In this document: piece by piece, positions 47,281 to 55,196 of the stretch | Layout of the letters: every line of letters starts with the position of its first letter | Numbering within the stretch: the first letter of the stretch is position 1 | NCBI GenBank assembly: GCA_964431415.1 | Contig: CAYSJS010000005.1 | Span: 7,132 to 71,131, forward strand | Direction of reading: 5' to 3' | Source: an uncultured Candidatus Saccharibacteria bacterium | GTDB taxonomy: Bacteria; Patescibacteriota; Saccharimonadia; Saccharimonadales; JACDBH01 | DNA: 64,000 nt | Notes under the pieces: model-generated | Told to the model about the DNA's origin: nothing | Database searches by the model: none | The model's input: the letters and a program-made list of their open reading frames with translations, nothing else | Made by a program: the position numbers and the translations under genes

Positions 47281-50200
47281 TTATGGAATATTGTTAGGAT
47301 CTACTGGTTGGTAGGTTCTTGATTTGGCACGGGCGATATCACCATTAGTTTCTGCAACCTGCTCTGCCCTCCAGCCACGCGCTTGCTCCTGAGGGGTCCA
47401 AGTGGCTAGATGCGCCGCGTTTGTAGCGTCAAAGTTGACACGCCTTTCAACGGTGGCCTGGCGCATAACAGGGTTGCCCGTAGCGGGATCTATAACCGGT
47501 GTATTGGTGAGAGGATCGATCTCCTGCACCATTCTTCCGGAAGCTTGGTTGCTGTAGTTTGCAACACCACGGCCACGGAGTATCTCCATCTGCTTGTCGA
47601 TTTCGTCTGCCACCGCCCCGGTAGCATTAGGTCGCATAGCCTGCATTTCTTGGTAGATTACGGCAGCCTTATCCATTTGGTCTCCTGTCAAAGGACCGAC
47701 AGTCGGGATAGTGGCGGCCATGGCTTCAATAGATTGTTTCTTGGAGTTTGCAAGCTGGTACAGACTAGCCTTACCAAGGCCGGTCTCTGGGCTATATCCA
47801 GCCCCGTGATTGATTCCGGCAAGATCGAAGCGACCCGCGTTCTTCAGGTGATACTGCGCTTCGTCCATGGCGGCAGCATATGCGCCCTCGTCGTTTCCGA
47901 CGATACTTCTCATGACGCTGCTCAGCTCGTTGTAACCATCTTCGCCGGCGCTGAACTGGTAGCCTGTTTTAGCAAGTGCATTGGCGGCGGCAAGTCGGAC
48001 ACTGTCTTGTTTTCTGTCTGCGACTTGACGTGCTGCATTAAGACCTTTTCTGCGCGCATTGATGGACTGGGTGCGAGAAGTAACTTCGTCTTGAGCTTCT
48101 CGTCGCTCTTCCATGCTAAGGGTCATGTCAGCACTTCGCGCCATTGCGGCGTCGCGTCTTGCAATATCCTCGTTAAGTTTTCTTACTGCAAGCTGTTCGT
48201 CTGTAAGTGCAATCAGGAAGTTATCATCTTGTCCGTGAGCTTGCACCGTTGCGTCATTCTTTAGTATCTCTGCTCCATACGCTGCGCGACCGGTTTGACG
48301 TGCGGCAGTAATTCCCGCTCGGCCACGGATAATACTAGAAGGTTGTCTGCCCCATTTATTAGCCGCTCCGCCTACTGTGTTCAGGGCGTGGCCAATCCGA
48401 CTGCGATCGCTAAAGCGGCTGAAGTTTTTGAGCTTGTCCACGTTGGTTGCTTTTCTTGTGCTACGGAATTTCTTGTTACGATCAAAGAACCCTTTCCCGC
48501 GGTCATTAACCATGCCGCCTATTGACGCTACTGCTCCACCGGCTAGACGAAAGGCTGCAGGAAGCGCAAAGTACGGGCCGAAGTAAGAGAAGAATACTAT
48601 TACGTCCCGGAAAAGCGAGCTGCTGTTTTGAGCCGGGAGGTTACTGGTCAAAATTGCGAATACGCGCCCGATAGCAATAAATGCCGTTATTATAGGAAAT
48701 GCTAAAAGTGCCGCCTGGAAATTTGTCTTCCAAAAACCCCAGGCTTTTTGCGTGTTTGGCAGGATCCATAACACCAAAGCCAGCGGAGCTGTAATAACGA
48801 GTAAAATTATAAGAATATTTCGGAATGCCACTACTAAGAATGCGATCATTACTGCGGCAAGCCCAGTAAGCATAAAACTGAGCACTACTAGGTAGTCAAG
48901 CCCGCTAAAGAAGCCCACGATCGCAGCCACCGTACCAATGGACTGTCCCTGGGCTCCTATTGTTGGATTGGTGAGTCCTCCAAACGGAGAAGCAATGACC
49001 GACCCGACACCCTTTCCAAAGTCGTTGGATATGCCAATGAGGAGCTTACATAGTTGCCATGACAGGGTTATGAATATGACTGCGACAACAATTCTTGGCA
49101 GGACCTTCTTCACTGTGTATGAATCAAAAGGTCCGCTAGAGATTGCCTGCGAGATTACCATAACTAAAGCTATGACCACTAAAATAGCAAGAGCAATTGT
49201 CCTGAATGATGCCCACGCGGTATAGAGTGACTTTCCTCCTTTCACGTTGTTCTCGTCAAACGCGGAATCCTTACCAATTGGCACAGCAAGCTGATTATTA
49301 ATTTGTGAATCAAGCATATTAATGCCGCTTGACGCCATTTCTATAAGCGGACAGATAAAATACGAGAGCGGATTGATTATTGAAAAGTCACAGTTAAGGT
49401 CGATATCGGCATCGCTTACGCCGACTCCGTCTCCTCCGTCAGTTTCTGCGGCGACTGACTTTGCCTGGGCTACCCGCACCTTCTCGGACCCATTTTCGTC
49501 GCCGTATTTAACGTCTAGAGTGCCAGTACAGGTATCACAGTCAAATAATTTGAGTACCTGCTCTTGTGTAAGGCTGTTCCACGCCGTATCAAACAAAACT
49601 TTTCCCCCAGAAGACGGTTGGAAGAAGCGCTGAATTGTACCGGTGCTGTTGGCGGCGATAGAGTATGTCTCTTTGTCATCAACGCGAACTATGGTGTTAT
49701 TTTGAAAAGCATACCCTATCTTAATTGCTTCAGGATTTGTAAGCTTGGCAACTGGCGCCCTATAATCATCAGTTCCGATTACATCTTCATTGCTATCGAA
49801 AGTTGTTGTAATGCCAACCGAGCACGTGTGAGAATGCCACCCCATATTGCAGTCGCCATCATTAACTTCGTCAACAAAGAAAGAATATGCATCGGTTGCC
49901 AACGCACCGCTGTCGTCTAAGTATAGACGTAAGTAGAGGGTAACTTTTTGGGTGGCCCAAGCAGTGGTGTCGGTAGTCGAAGTATCGACAGTGGGTACAT
50001 CGGATTCAGTATATAGATAGCCGTTGGCGTAAAGTTTTGTCTCTCCCCAAGACTTAATAACTTTCTTAGGCAGCTCCCACTGGTCTTTAGAGTCGCCTAT
50101 ATCGGTATCGACATATACTCCGCTAAAAGCCTCCTTATATGTAACTGACCCCGTAGTTACGGACTTGAAGACGTTTTCATCTAAATTAATGTCAACATTA

Positions 50201-50391
50201 ATTCGAGCACGATTAATAACAGTAAAAGTCGATGCGTTAAGTAGTTTATCTCTGGCGGCGTCACCTCCGCCCATACTATTGAAGTCTGGAAGGTCGGTTG
50301 CTCCTGCTTTGGCGGGCATGGCTAAGCTAGCCAAGCTAAAAAGTACGGCAAATGCAGAAAGCCCCAACCCGATTCTTTTTAAATACTTCAT
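47281..50391 (-). CDS. VirB6/TrbL-like polytopic membrane protein with large extracellular N-domain and cytoplasmic C-domain
   Basis: Signal peptide MKYLKRIGLGLSAFAVLFSLASLAMPAKA from ATG 50391 (the track starts at GTG 50412). A ~380-aa Cys-containing exodomain is followed by 6-8 TM segments (aa ~400-640) and a ~400-aa soluble tail. The VirB6 assignment rests on architecture and context. Confidence 0.6.
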   Translation of the reverse strand: MKYLKRIGLGLSAFAVLFSLASLAMPAKAGATDLPDFNSMGGGDAARDKLLNASTFTVINRARINVDINLDENVFKSVTTGSVTYKEAFSGVYVDTDIGDSKDQWELPKKVIKSWGETKLYANGYLYTESDVPTVDTSTTDTTAWATQKVTLYLRLYLDDSGALATDAYSFFVDEVNDGDCNMGWHSHTCSVGITTTFDSNEDVIGTDDYRAPVAKLTNPEAIKIGYAFQNNTIVRVDDKETYSIAANSTGTIQRFFQPSSGGKVLFDTAWNSLTQEQVLKLFDCDTCTGTLDVKYGDENGSEKVRVAQAKSVAAETDGGDGVGVSDADIDLNCDFSIINPLSYFICPLIEMASSGINMLDSQINNQLAVPIGKDSAFDENNVKGGKSLYTAWASFRTIALAILVVIALVMVISQAISSGPFDSYTVKKVLPRIVVAVIFITLSWQLCKLLIGISNDFGKGVGSVIASPFGGLTNPTIGAQGQSIGTVAAIVGFFSGLDYLVVLSFMLTGLAAVMIAFLVVAFRNILIILLVITAPLALVLWILPNTQKAWGFWKTNFQAALLAFPIITAFIAIGRVFAILTSNLPAQNSSSLFRDVIVFFSYFGPYFALPAAFRLAGGAVASIGGMVNDRGKGFFDRNKKFRSTRKATNVDKLKNFSRFSDRSRIGHALNTVGGAANKWGRQPSSIIRGRAGITAARQTGRAAYGAEILKNDATVQAHGQDDNFLIALTDEQLAVRKLNEDIARRDAAMARSADMTLSMEERREAQDEVTSRTQSINARRKGLNAARQVADRKQDSVRLAAANALAKTGYQFSAGEDGYNELSSVMRSIVGNDEGAYAAAMDEAQYHLKNAGRFDLAGINHGAGYSPETGLGKASLYQLANSKKQSIEAMAATIPTVGPLTGDQMDKAAVIYQEMQAMRPNATGAVADEIDKQMEILRGRGVANYSNQASGRMVQEIDPLTNTPVIDPATGNPVMRQATVERRVNFDATNAAHLATWTPQEQARGWRAEQVAETNGDIARAKSRTYQPVDPNNIP

Positions 50392-50466
50392 TACTTTATA
50401 TAAATATACCACAAGAATCGTAGACGTATATCGTTATATATTGATAATAATGGGGGCAATACGCCT

Positions 50467-50496
50467 TTGACGCTCTGGTGCTATTTGCGGTAAGAT
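50467..50496 (+). promoter_or_regulatory. Putative sigma70-type promoter of the pilin operon
   Basis: TTGACG at 50467-50472, an 18-nt spacer, then TAAGAT at 50491-50496. The first pilin ATG (50504) lies only 7 nt downstream with no Shine-Dalgarno sequence, so the mRNA may be leaderless. Confidence 0.35.
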
Positions 50497-50503
50497 AACA
50501 GAA

Positions 50504-51028
50504 ATGAACTTGATTAAAAGTATATTAAGAAGCGCAGTAATTGCGGGCATCCCGATTTTTCTGCTTGCAGCAACTGTTTTTGCCCTGCCGTCTCCAAAGA
50601 CCTACGCCGCTGGAGTCACCGAAGAAACATGTGAGGCAGAAAATTCAGGTGGCGTATGGAAAGAAGAATACCTGGGGGGTGGGCAGCCGACCTATTCTTG
50701 TGAATGCCCCGCCGGAAAGACACTGGATTCAAACGGGTACTGCAACACAGGCAACTTTGTTGTGAATCCTGCTGGTGAGTGTGTTGCCTCGAACGGAGAC
50801 TGTATTAGTAACGATATCCAAACGGTCATAAATATACTGTCGGTCGTGGTTGGGATAGTTATCTTAGGTATGGTCGTATTTGGCGGTGTAAGGTACTCCC
50901 TTTCCCGGTCCAACCCCCAAGAGGTTCAGGCGGCGAAAGGTCATTTAACCAACGCCATTATTGCGCTCATTACATACATATTCATATACTCACTGCTTCA
51001 GTGGATTGTGCCAGGAGGAATATTCTAA
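50504..51028 (+). CDS. VirB2/TrbC-like pilin paralog 1 (divergent, 6-Cys tip)
   Basis: 174 aa. Signal peptide ending in YAAG, a 6-Cys variable region, then a two-helix hydrophobic hairpin VINILSVVVGIVILGMVVFGGVRYSLS...AKGHLTNAIIALITYIFIYSLL. Confidence 0.7.
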   Translation: MNLIKSILRSAVIAGIPIFLLAATVFALPSPKTYAAGVTEETCEAENSGGVWKEEYLGGGQPTYSCECPAGKTLDSNGYCNTGNFVVNPAGECVASNGDCISNDIQTVINILSVVVGIVILGMVVFGGVRYSLSRSNPQEVQAAKGHLTNAIIALITYIFIYSLLQWIVPGGIF

Positions 51029-51033
51029 AGTAT

Positions 51034-51585
51034 ATGAAACGGACACTTCTTTTTGTTGGTATACTTACGTCGATTGTGGGCTCGATATGGAGCTTGGGTG
51101 GTGTTCAAAAGGCGTATGCCGGCGAGACCACCTGCCCCGATGGCGCAGTAGTAACATGGACAACTGATAGCGAAGCTCAGCACGCCTGTGATACTCATAC
51201 GAGCTATTGTGAGCCGAAAAGTAACGTACTTGGGCTTCCGACGTGGTACAAGTATCTTCCGGGAAAGATAAACCCGAAGGGTGGATGCGATCCACAGTTA
51301 AACTGTGACCCCGCGAACGCCAATGACGCGTGTAATGTGCAGTCTGGGGTTGATGCATCTAAGCTGGCCCTAATTGGACTGGCTATAGTGGAGCTATTGC
51401 TTCGACTTGCCGGTCTCATTACAGTCGGTGTTGTAGTTGCAGGTGGATTTAAGTATATAACCAGTCAGGGGCAGCCGGATGCTACAAAATCTGCCCGGCA
51501 AACCATCATCAATGGGCTTATCGGTATGACTATAACTATAATTGCTACAATTAGTATTAACTTTGGAGCTAACTTACTACAATGA
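51034..51585 (+). CDS. VirB2/TrbC-like pilin paralog 2 (6-Cys tip)
   Basis: Start chosen at MKRTLLFVGILTSIVGSIWSLGGVQKAYA. A 6-Cys variable region is followed by GLITVGVVVAGGFKYITSQGQPDATKSARQTIINGLIGMTITIIA. Confidence 0.75.
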   Translation: MKRTLLFVGILTSIVGSIWSLGGVQKAYAGETTCPDGAVVTWTTDSEAQHACDTHTSYCEPKSNVLGLPTWYKYLPGKINPKGGCDPQLNCDPANANDACNVQSGVDASKLALIGLAIVELLLRLAGLITVGVVVAGGFKYITSQGQPDATKSARQTIINGLIGMTITIIATISINFGANLLQ

Positions 51586-51869
51586 TAACCTCACTCTATT
51601 CCCGTATGGCCGTTTCGGCAGAAAAACTACCACAAGCTTCGCTTGATCAGTCTGCGGTTCAGACAGTGCTGCAATTTATTTTTGGCATCGCAGGTGCTGT
51701 TGCGCTTATAATCATCGTCATTGCATCCTTTAAATACACCATATCGCGAGGCGATAGCAATGCAGTCAAGAATGCAAAGGAAACAATCATATACGCAATT
51801 GTCGGTCTTGTCTTAACTATGTCCGCCTATGCAATAACGCAGTTTGCCTTTAACGGAGTAAAGTCGTGA
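51582..51869 (+). CDS. VirB2/TrbC-like pilin paralog 3 (short; no signal peptide, no Cys)
   Basis: 95 aa with ATGA overlaps on both sides. IFGIAGAVALIIIVIASFKYTISRGDSNAVKNAKETIIYAIVGLVLTM. Confidence 0.65.
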   Translation: MITSLYSRMAVSAEKLPQASLDQSAVQTVLQFIFGIAGAVALIIIVIASFKYTISRGDSNAVKNAKETIIYAIVGLVLTMSAYAITQFAFNGVKS

Positions 51870-52279
51870 AACGCTATATTGCGGCTTTGTCCATCGGTTT
51901 TTTTGTGGGGCTTCTTGGTGCTGTTTCTGTGCCTCGCCCTGCATCGGCTGCCGTACTGCCATTCGACGGTGCGTGTTCCAGCTCTGCCGCTGCAAGCGAA
52001 TCGCCCATCTGTAAGGATAAAAACAACACCTCGCCGGATTTAAATCCATTTAGTGGGAGTGGTGGAGTATTAATGCGGGCAACCAAATTGCTTGTGTTTG
52101 TTGTGGGTGCGGCAAGCATACTGATCATAATATTTGGCGGTATTAAATATATTACCTCCGATGGAGATGCAAACTCTATAAGTAGCGCCAAGAGCACGGT
52201 CCTTTATGCATTCATTGGGCTTATAATTGCACTAATTGCACAAGCTATAATCGTATTCGTAATTAACATCATTAACTAA
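51866..52279 (+). CDS. VirB2/TrbC-like pilin paralog 4
   Basis: 137 aa with a signal peptide and a 2-Cys variable region. LLVFVVGAASILIIIFGGIKYITSDGDANSISSAKSTVLYAFIGLIIALIAQ. Confidence 0.8.
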   Translation: MKRYIAALSIGFFVGLLGAVSVPRPASAAVLPFDGACSSSAAASESPICKDKNNTSPDLNPFSGSGGVLMRATKLLVFVVGAASILIIIFGGIKYITSDGDANSISSAKSTVLYAFIGLIIALIAQAIIVFVINIIN

Positions 52280-52289
52280 AAGGAAGAGT

Positions 52290-52727
52290 ATGCAAAAGTT
52301 AAGACTAATAATTGCCGGGATAATACTACTCACAGGCTTCTTGGTCACGCCTCGTGTTTTTGCCGCAGATTCAACAAGTGGTTCGGTTTGTGAAGGTATT
52401 GGCTTGGCGTCAGGCGCAGATGGCGACTGCACGACCGAAGGAGATTCGCCGTCGGTAAATAAAATTATTACAACCGCAGTAACCATCCTCTCTTTTATAG
52501 CGGGTGCAGCGGGAGTTATTATGATAATCATTGGTTCATTTAAATACATTACTTCCGGAGGTGACAGCGGTAAGGTTGGGAATGCAAAAACAACCATACT
52601 CTATGCGCTGATTGGTCTCGTGATTGCCGTGTTGGCGCAGATGCTTGTACGTTTCGTTCTTCGCCAAGCAACAACTACGCCCACTCCTGCCCCTACTCCC
52701 CAGGTTGTGACGCCAGCTAACCACTAA
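52290..52727 (+). CDS. VirB2/TrbC-like pilin paralog 5 (with Thr/Pro tail)
   Basis: 145 aa with a signal peptide and 2 Cys. ILSFIAGAAGVIMIIIGSFKYITSGGDSGKVGNAKTTILYALIGLVIAVLAQ, followed by the C-terminal tail TTTPTPAPTPQVV. Confidence 0.8.
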   Translation: MQKLRLIIAGIILLTGFLVTPRVFAADSTSGSVCEGIGLASGADGDCTTEGDSPSVNKIITTAVTILSFIAGAAGVIMIIIGSFKYITSGGDSGKVGNAKTTILYALIGLVIAVLAQMLVRFVLRQATTTPTPAPTPQVVTPANH

Positions 52728-52835
52728 AATTGTTGCCTTCAGGAAGTCGTTTGATCAGTGAAAGAATGTCGCTTGTGTTGAGTATTATAAAAGTGGTATA
52801 AATAAACGTAAGTTATAAACAAGGAAATAAGCTCT

Positions 52836-53255
52836 ATGTTAAAGAAAATCAAAAACTTATCTGTGGCTCTTGCGTCTGCACTTATGATGCTTGCTCCTGT
52901 GGCTGTGCCGGTTACGGTTCACGCTTCAGTGCAGGATTCATTATGTGATGGTATTGTGACGGCAGAAGGTGGCACCCCAAGCGCGGGCGATGACGCATCT
53001 AACTGTCTTACTGAAACTTCTAACACGCCAAATTCCTTGATTAAGAAGATTGTTGACTTCTTCTCACTCATCGTCGGTGCAGTATCGATCATTATGATCA
53101 TCTACGGTGGATTCAAATACATTACCTCCGCGGGTAACGACAGCAATGTTGGCTCGGCCAAAAACACGATCTTATACGCACTAATCGGGCTTATAATTGT
53201 CGCGCTCGCGCAGGTAATCGTTCGCTTCGTTCTATCAAAAGCAACGACTGTATAA
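52836..53255 (+). CDS. VirB2/TrbC-like pilin paralog 6
   Basis: 139 aa with a signal peptide and 2 Cys. FFSLIVGAVSIIMIIYGGFKYITSAGNDSNVGSAKNTILYALIGLIIVALAQ. Confidence 0.8.
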   Translation: MLKKIKNLSVALASALMMLAPVAVPVTVHASVQDSLCDGIVTAEGGTPSAGDDASNCLTETSNTPNSLIKKIVDFFSLIVGAVSIIMIIYGGFKYITSAGNDSNVGSAKNTILYALIGLIIVALAQVIVRFVLSKATTV

Positions 53256-53265
53256 AGGGGGGTAT

Positions 53266-53670
53266 ATGCTACGCAGATTGTTGCTATCTATTTCACTGGT
53301 TCTTTCTCTTGCCTCGCCGGTCGTACTCACCGCAGGTGTGCATGCCGCCGAAGGCATTAAACAGAACTTGTGTGCCGGGGCAAACCTGGATGTTAATAGC
53401 GACTGTAACACTGGCGGCATAACCGACAAGCAGGCACAAGACAAGATAAACGACATCCTGCATACGATCATTAACTTCTTTTCACTGATCGTAGGTGTGG
53501 TTGCGGTTATTATGATTATCTACGGCGGGCTCAAGTATATTACGTCTGGTGGTGATTCAGGTAACGTGTCCGGGGCGAAGAATACGCTTATTTACGCAGT
53601 AATCGGTCTCGTAATCGTTGCTCTATCACAGTTTATGGTTCGATTCGTTCTGTCTAAAGTTACTCAATAG
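53266..53670 (+). CDS. VirB2/TrbC-like pilin paralog 7
   Basis: 134 aa with a signal peptide and 2 Cys. FFSLIVGVVAVIMIIYGGLKYITSGGDSGNVSGAKNTLIYAVIGLVIVALSQ. Confidence 0.8.
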   Translation: MLRRLLLSISLVLSLASPVVLTAGVHAAEGIKQNLCAGANLDVNSDCNTGGITDKQAQDKINDILHTIINFFSLIVGVVAVIMIIYGGLKYITSGGDSGNVSGAKNTLIYAVIGLVIVALSQFMVRFVLSKVTQ

Positions 53671-53689
53671 TAAAAGTTCAGGTCGTTAA

Positions 53690-53733
53690 AAAGACTCCCC
53701 TTGCGTTATTACATCGGGAGTCTTTCTTGTTTG
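53690..53733 (+). terminator. Hairpin after the pilin operon (possible intrinsic terminator)
   Basis: aaagactccc (53690-53699) pairs with gggagtcttt (53716-53725) across a 16-nt loop. A T-rich cttgtttg follows. Confidence 0.45.
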
Positions 53734-53800
53734 CTCTTGATGCTGTGTCTTGGGAAGGATTCGTTGTCGGGGCAAAAGCAATATATACGTTCCTCTAATA

Positions 53801-53832
53801 AATAACCACCCCTTCATTGGGGTGGTTATTTT
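53801..53832. terminator. Bidirectional intrinsic terminator between the pilin operon and hsp20
   Basis: Perfect 12-bp stem aataaccacccc / ggggtggttatt with the 6-nt loop ttcatt. T-runs flank the stem on both strands. Confidence 0.6.
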
Positions 53833-53853
53833 GCCTATTTACGAATAGACGCG

Positions 53854-54345
53854 CTATTGAATCTCGATCTTCTTGACTGTGTCTTGCTTTACTTTGGCGA
53901 ATGAAATGGTCAATACGCCATCCTTAAGCATCGCCTCAATCTCTTCTTCCTTAACAGGCACTGGCAGTGCAATGCTGCGGCTAAATTCACCCCAGTAACA
54001 TTCCTGCACGAAGTAGTTCTCTACTTCGTCTTCGTTCCCCGCACTGAGTGTGCCGCGAATGCTTAGCGTGTTATCGGAAATGCTTACATCAAGTTCGTTT
54101 TTGTTGACCCCTGCGGTGCGAGCCTTTACAACTAGTTTGTCTTTTGTTTCGTATACATCAACAGCCAACTGCCCCGGAACCGGATCGTCATCGTCCCAGT
54201 CTGAAGCGGTAGGTGCTGGACCCTGTTGATCGTCGGCCGGCAATGGACCACCCTGCATCTGCATTGTGCCGTCATCCTCTCCTAGAAAGGCAGCCGTAAG
54301 CTCGTCTTCCATCAAGAGGTCGTCATCCTGATCCCGTCGTGCCAT
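53854..54345 (-). CDS. hsp20: Hsp20/alpha-crystallin family small heat-shock protein
   Basis: 163 aa with an acidic N-terminus. The ACD reads LAVDVYETKDKLVVKARTAGVNKNELDVSISDNTLSIRG...GEFSRSIALPVPV...DGVLTISFAKV. Confidence 0.9.
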   Translation of the reverse strand: MARRDQDDDLLMEDELTAAFLGEDDGTMQMQGGPLPADDQQGPAPTASDWDDDDPVPGQLAVDVYETKDKLVVKARTAGVNKNELDVSISDNTLSIRGTLSAGNEDEVENYFVQECYWGEFSRSIALPVPVKEEEIEAMLKDGVLTISFAKVKQDTVKKIEIQ

Positions 54346-54478
54346 CTAATTCCTCCCTCACTTATAATTAGACAAAAAGTTGATTTTTTATCTTCCTCCT
54401 AGTATAGCTATAGTTGTTACAGCGTGCAACGGTTTTGCTTACTTATTTACAACATATTAAACACAACAGGTATACAAA

Positions 54479-55153
54479 GTGAAATTAATTGAACAAATTT
54501 TTCGTTTTATTGCCCCGGATGAATGTATCCTGTGCGGTATCGAAGGGTCTCTTATCTGTAAGGAGTGTGCATCAGTGGCTTATGCCTCCCCTCCGCCCCG
54601 TTGCTATCGTTGCTATCGTGAATCTCGGGCGTACATGACGTGCTCAAACTGTCGACGGCATACTATGCTCAGAAGTGTATTTGTGTGTTCACTTTACTCA
54701 ACTAATGCGCGTGAAGTTATTCATCGTCTTAAATTTGGCTACACAAAATCGGCAAGCGAGCACATTGCGCGTAAAATGGCGGAGATTTTGCCCGAACTGC
54801 CCAGTGACACAATTATCATACACATCCCTACAGCTTCGTCACATGTGCGGGAACGAGGTTTTGACCAGTCGGCCCTTATCGCTCGGGACCTTGCTTACCT
54901 TATTCATGCACCCCACATCCATACCCTTGCCCGTCTAGGACAGCAGCGACAAGTTGGTTCGAATAGAATGCTTAGGATGACCCAGATGAAAGACGCGTTC
55001 CGAATTGTTTCAAAGGAGTTCATTGGGTCACATGTTTTGCTGGTAGATGACGTGTTGACCACCGGGTCTACACTTGAGTCGGCGGCTTTAGTACTAAAGC
55101 GTAGCGGCGCAAAAAGTGTGTCAGCAGTTGTGTTTGCGCAAGCAAAGGGGTAG
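54479..55153 (+). CDS. comFC: ComF-family protein (ComFC-type phosphoribosyltransferase-fold competence protein)
   Basis: 224 aa with GTG start. Four N-terminal Cys pairs (CILCG..CKEC...CYRCYR..CSNC) are followed by the PRTase motif VLLVDDVLTTGSTLESAA. Confidence 0.85.
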   Translation: MKLIEQIFRFIAPDECILCGIEGSLICKECASVAYASPPPRCYRCYRESRAYMTCSNCRRHTMLRSVFVCSLYSTNAREVIHRLKFGYTKSASEHIARKMAEILPELPSDTIIIHIPTASSHVRERGFDQSALIARDLAYLIHAPHIHTLARLGQQRQVGSNRMLRMTQMKDAFRIVSKEFIGSHVLLVDDVLTTGSTLESAALVLKRSGAKSVSAVVFAQAKG

Positions 55154-55167
55154 CTGCCAACTAATAA

Positions 55168-55196
55168 TTGACAAATCATTTATTAGTTGCTATAGT
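55168..55196 (+). promoter_or_regulatory. Near-consensus sigma70 promoter (TTGACA-17 nt-TATAGT)
   Basis: TTGACA at 55168-55173, a 17-nt spacer, then TATAGT at 55191-55196. The element directly abuts ATG 55197, so the real start of the downstream gene may be later (for example GTG 55203) or the mRNA may be leaderless. Confidence 0.5.

Noticed and set aside
36995-53670. Reading the T4SS-like locus as an integrative conjugative element
   Set aside because: The window shows no relaxase, coupling protein, integrase, flanking tRNA or direct repeats. The locus is wedged between recF and hsp20/comFC next to the origin. This cannot be fully excluded without the whole genome.
54956-54964. tRNA T-arm-like GGTTCGAAT (and GGTTCGAT near 57037)
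   Set aside because: Both lie inside well-supported CDSs (comFC and the ParB-methylase). They lack acceptor and anticodon stem context. I found no convincing tRNA, rRNA or tmRNA in any intergenic region by eye.
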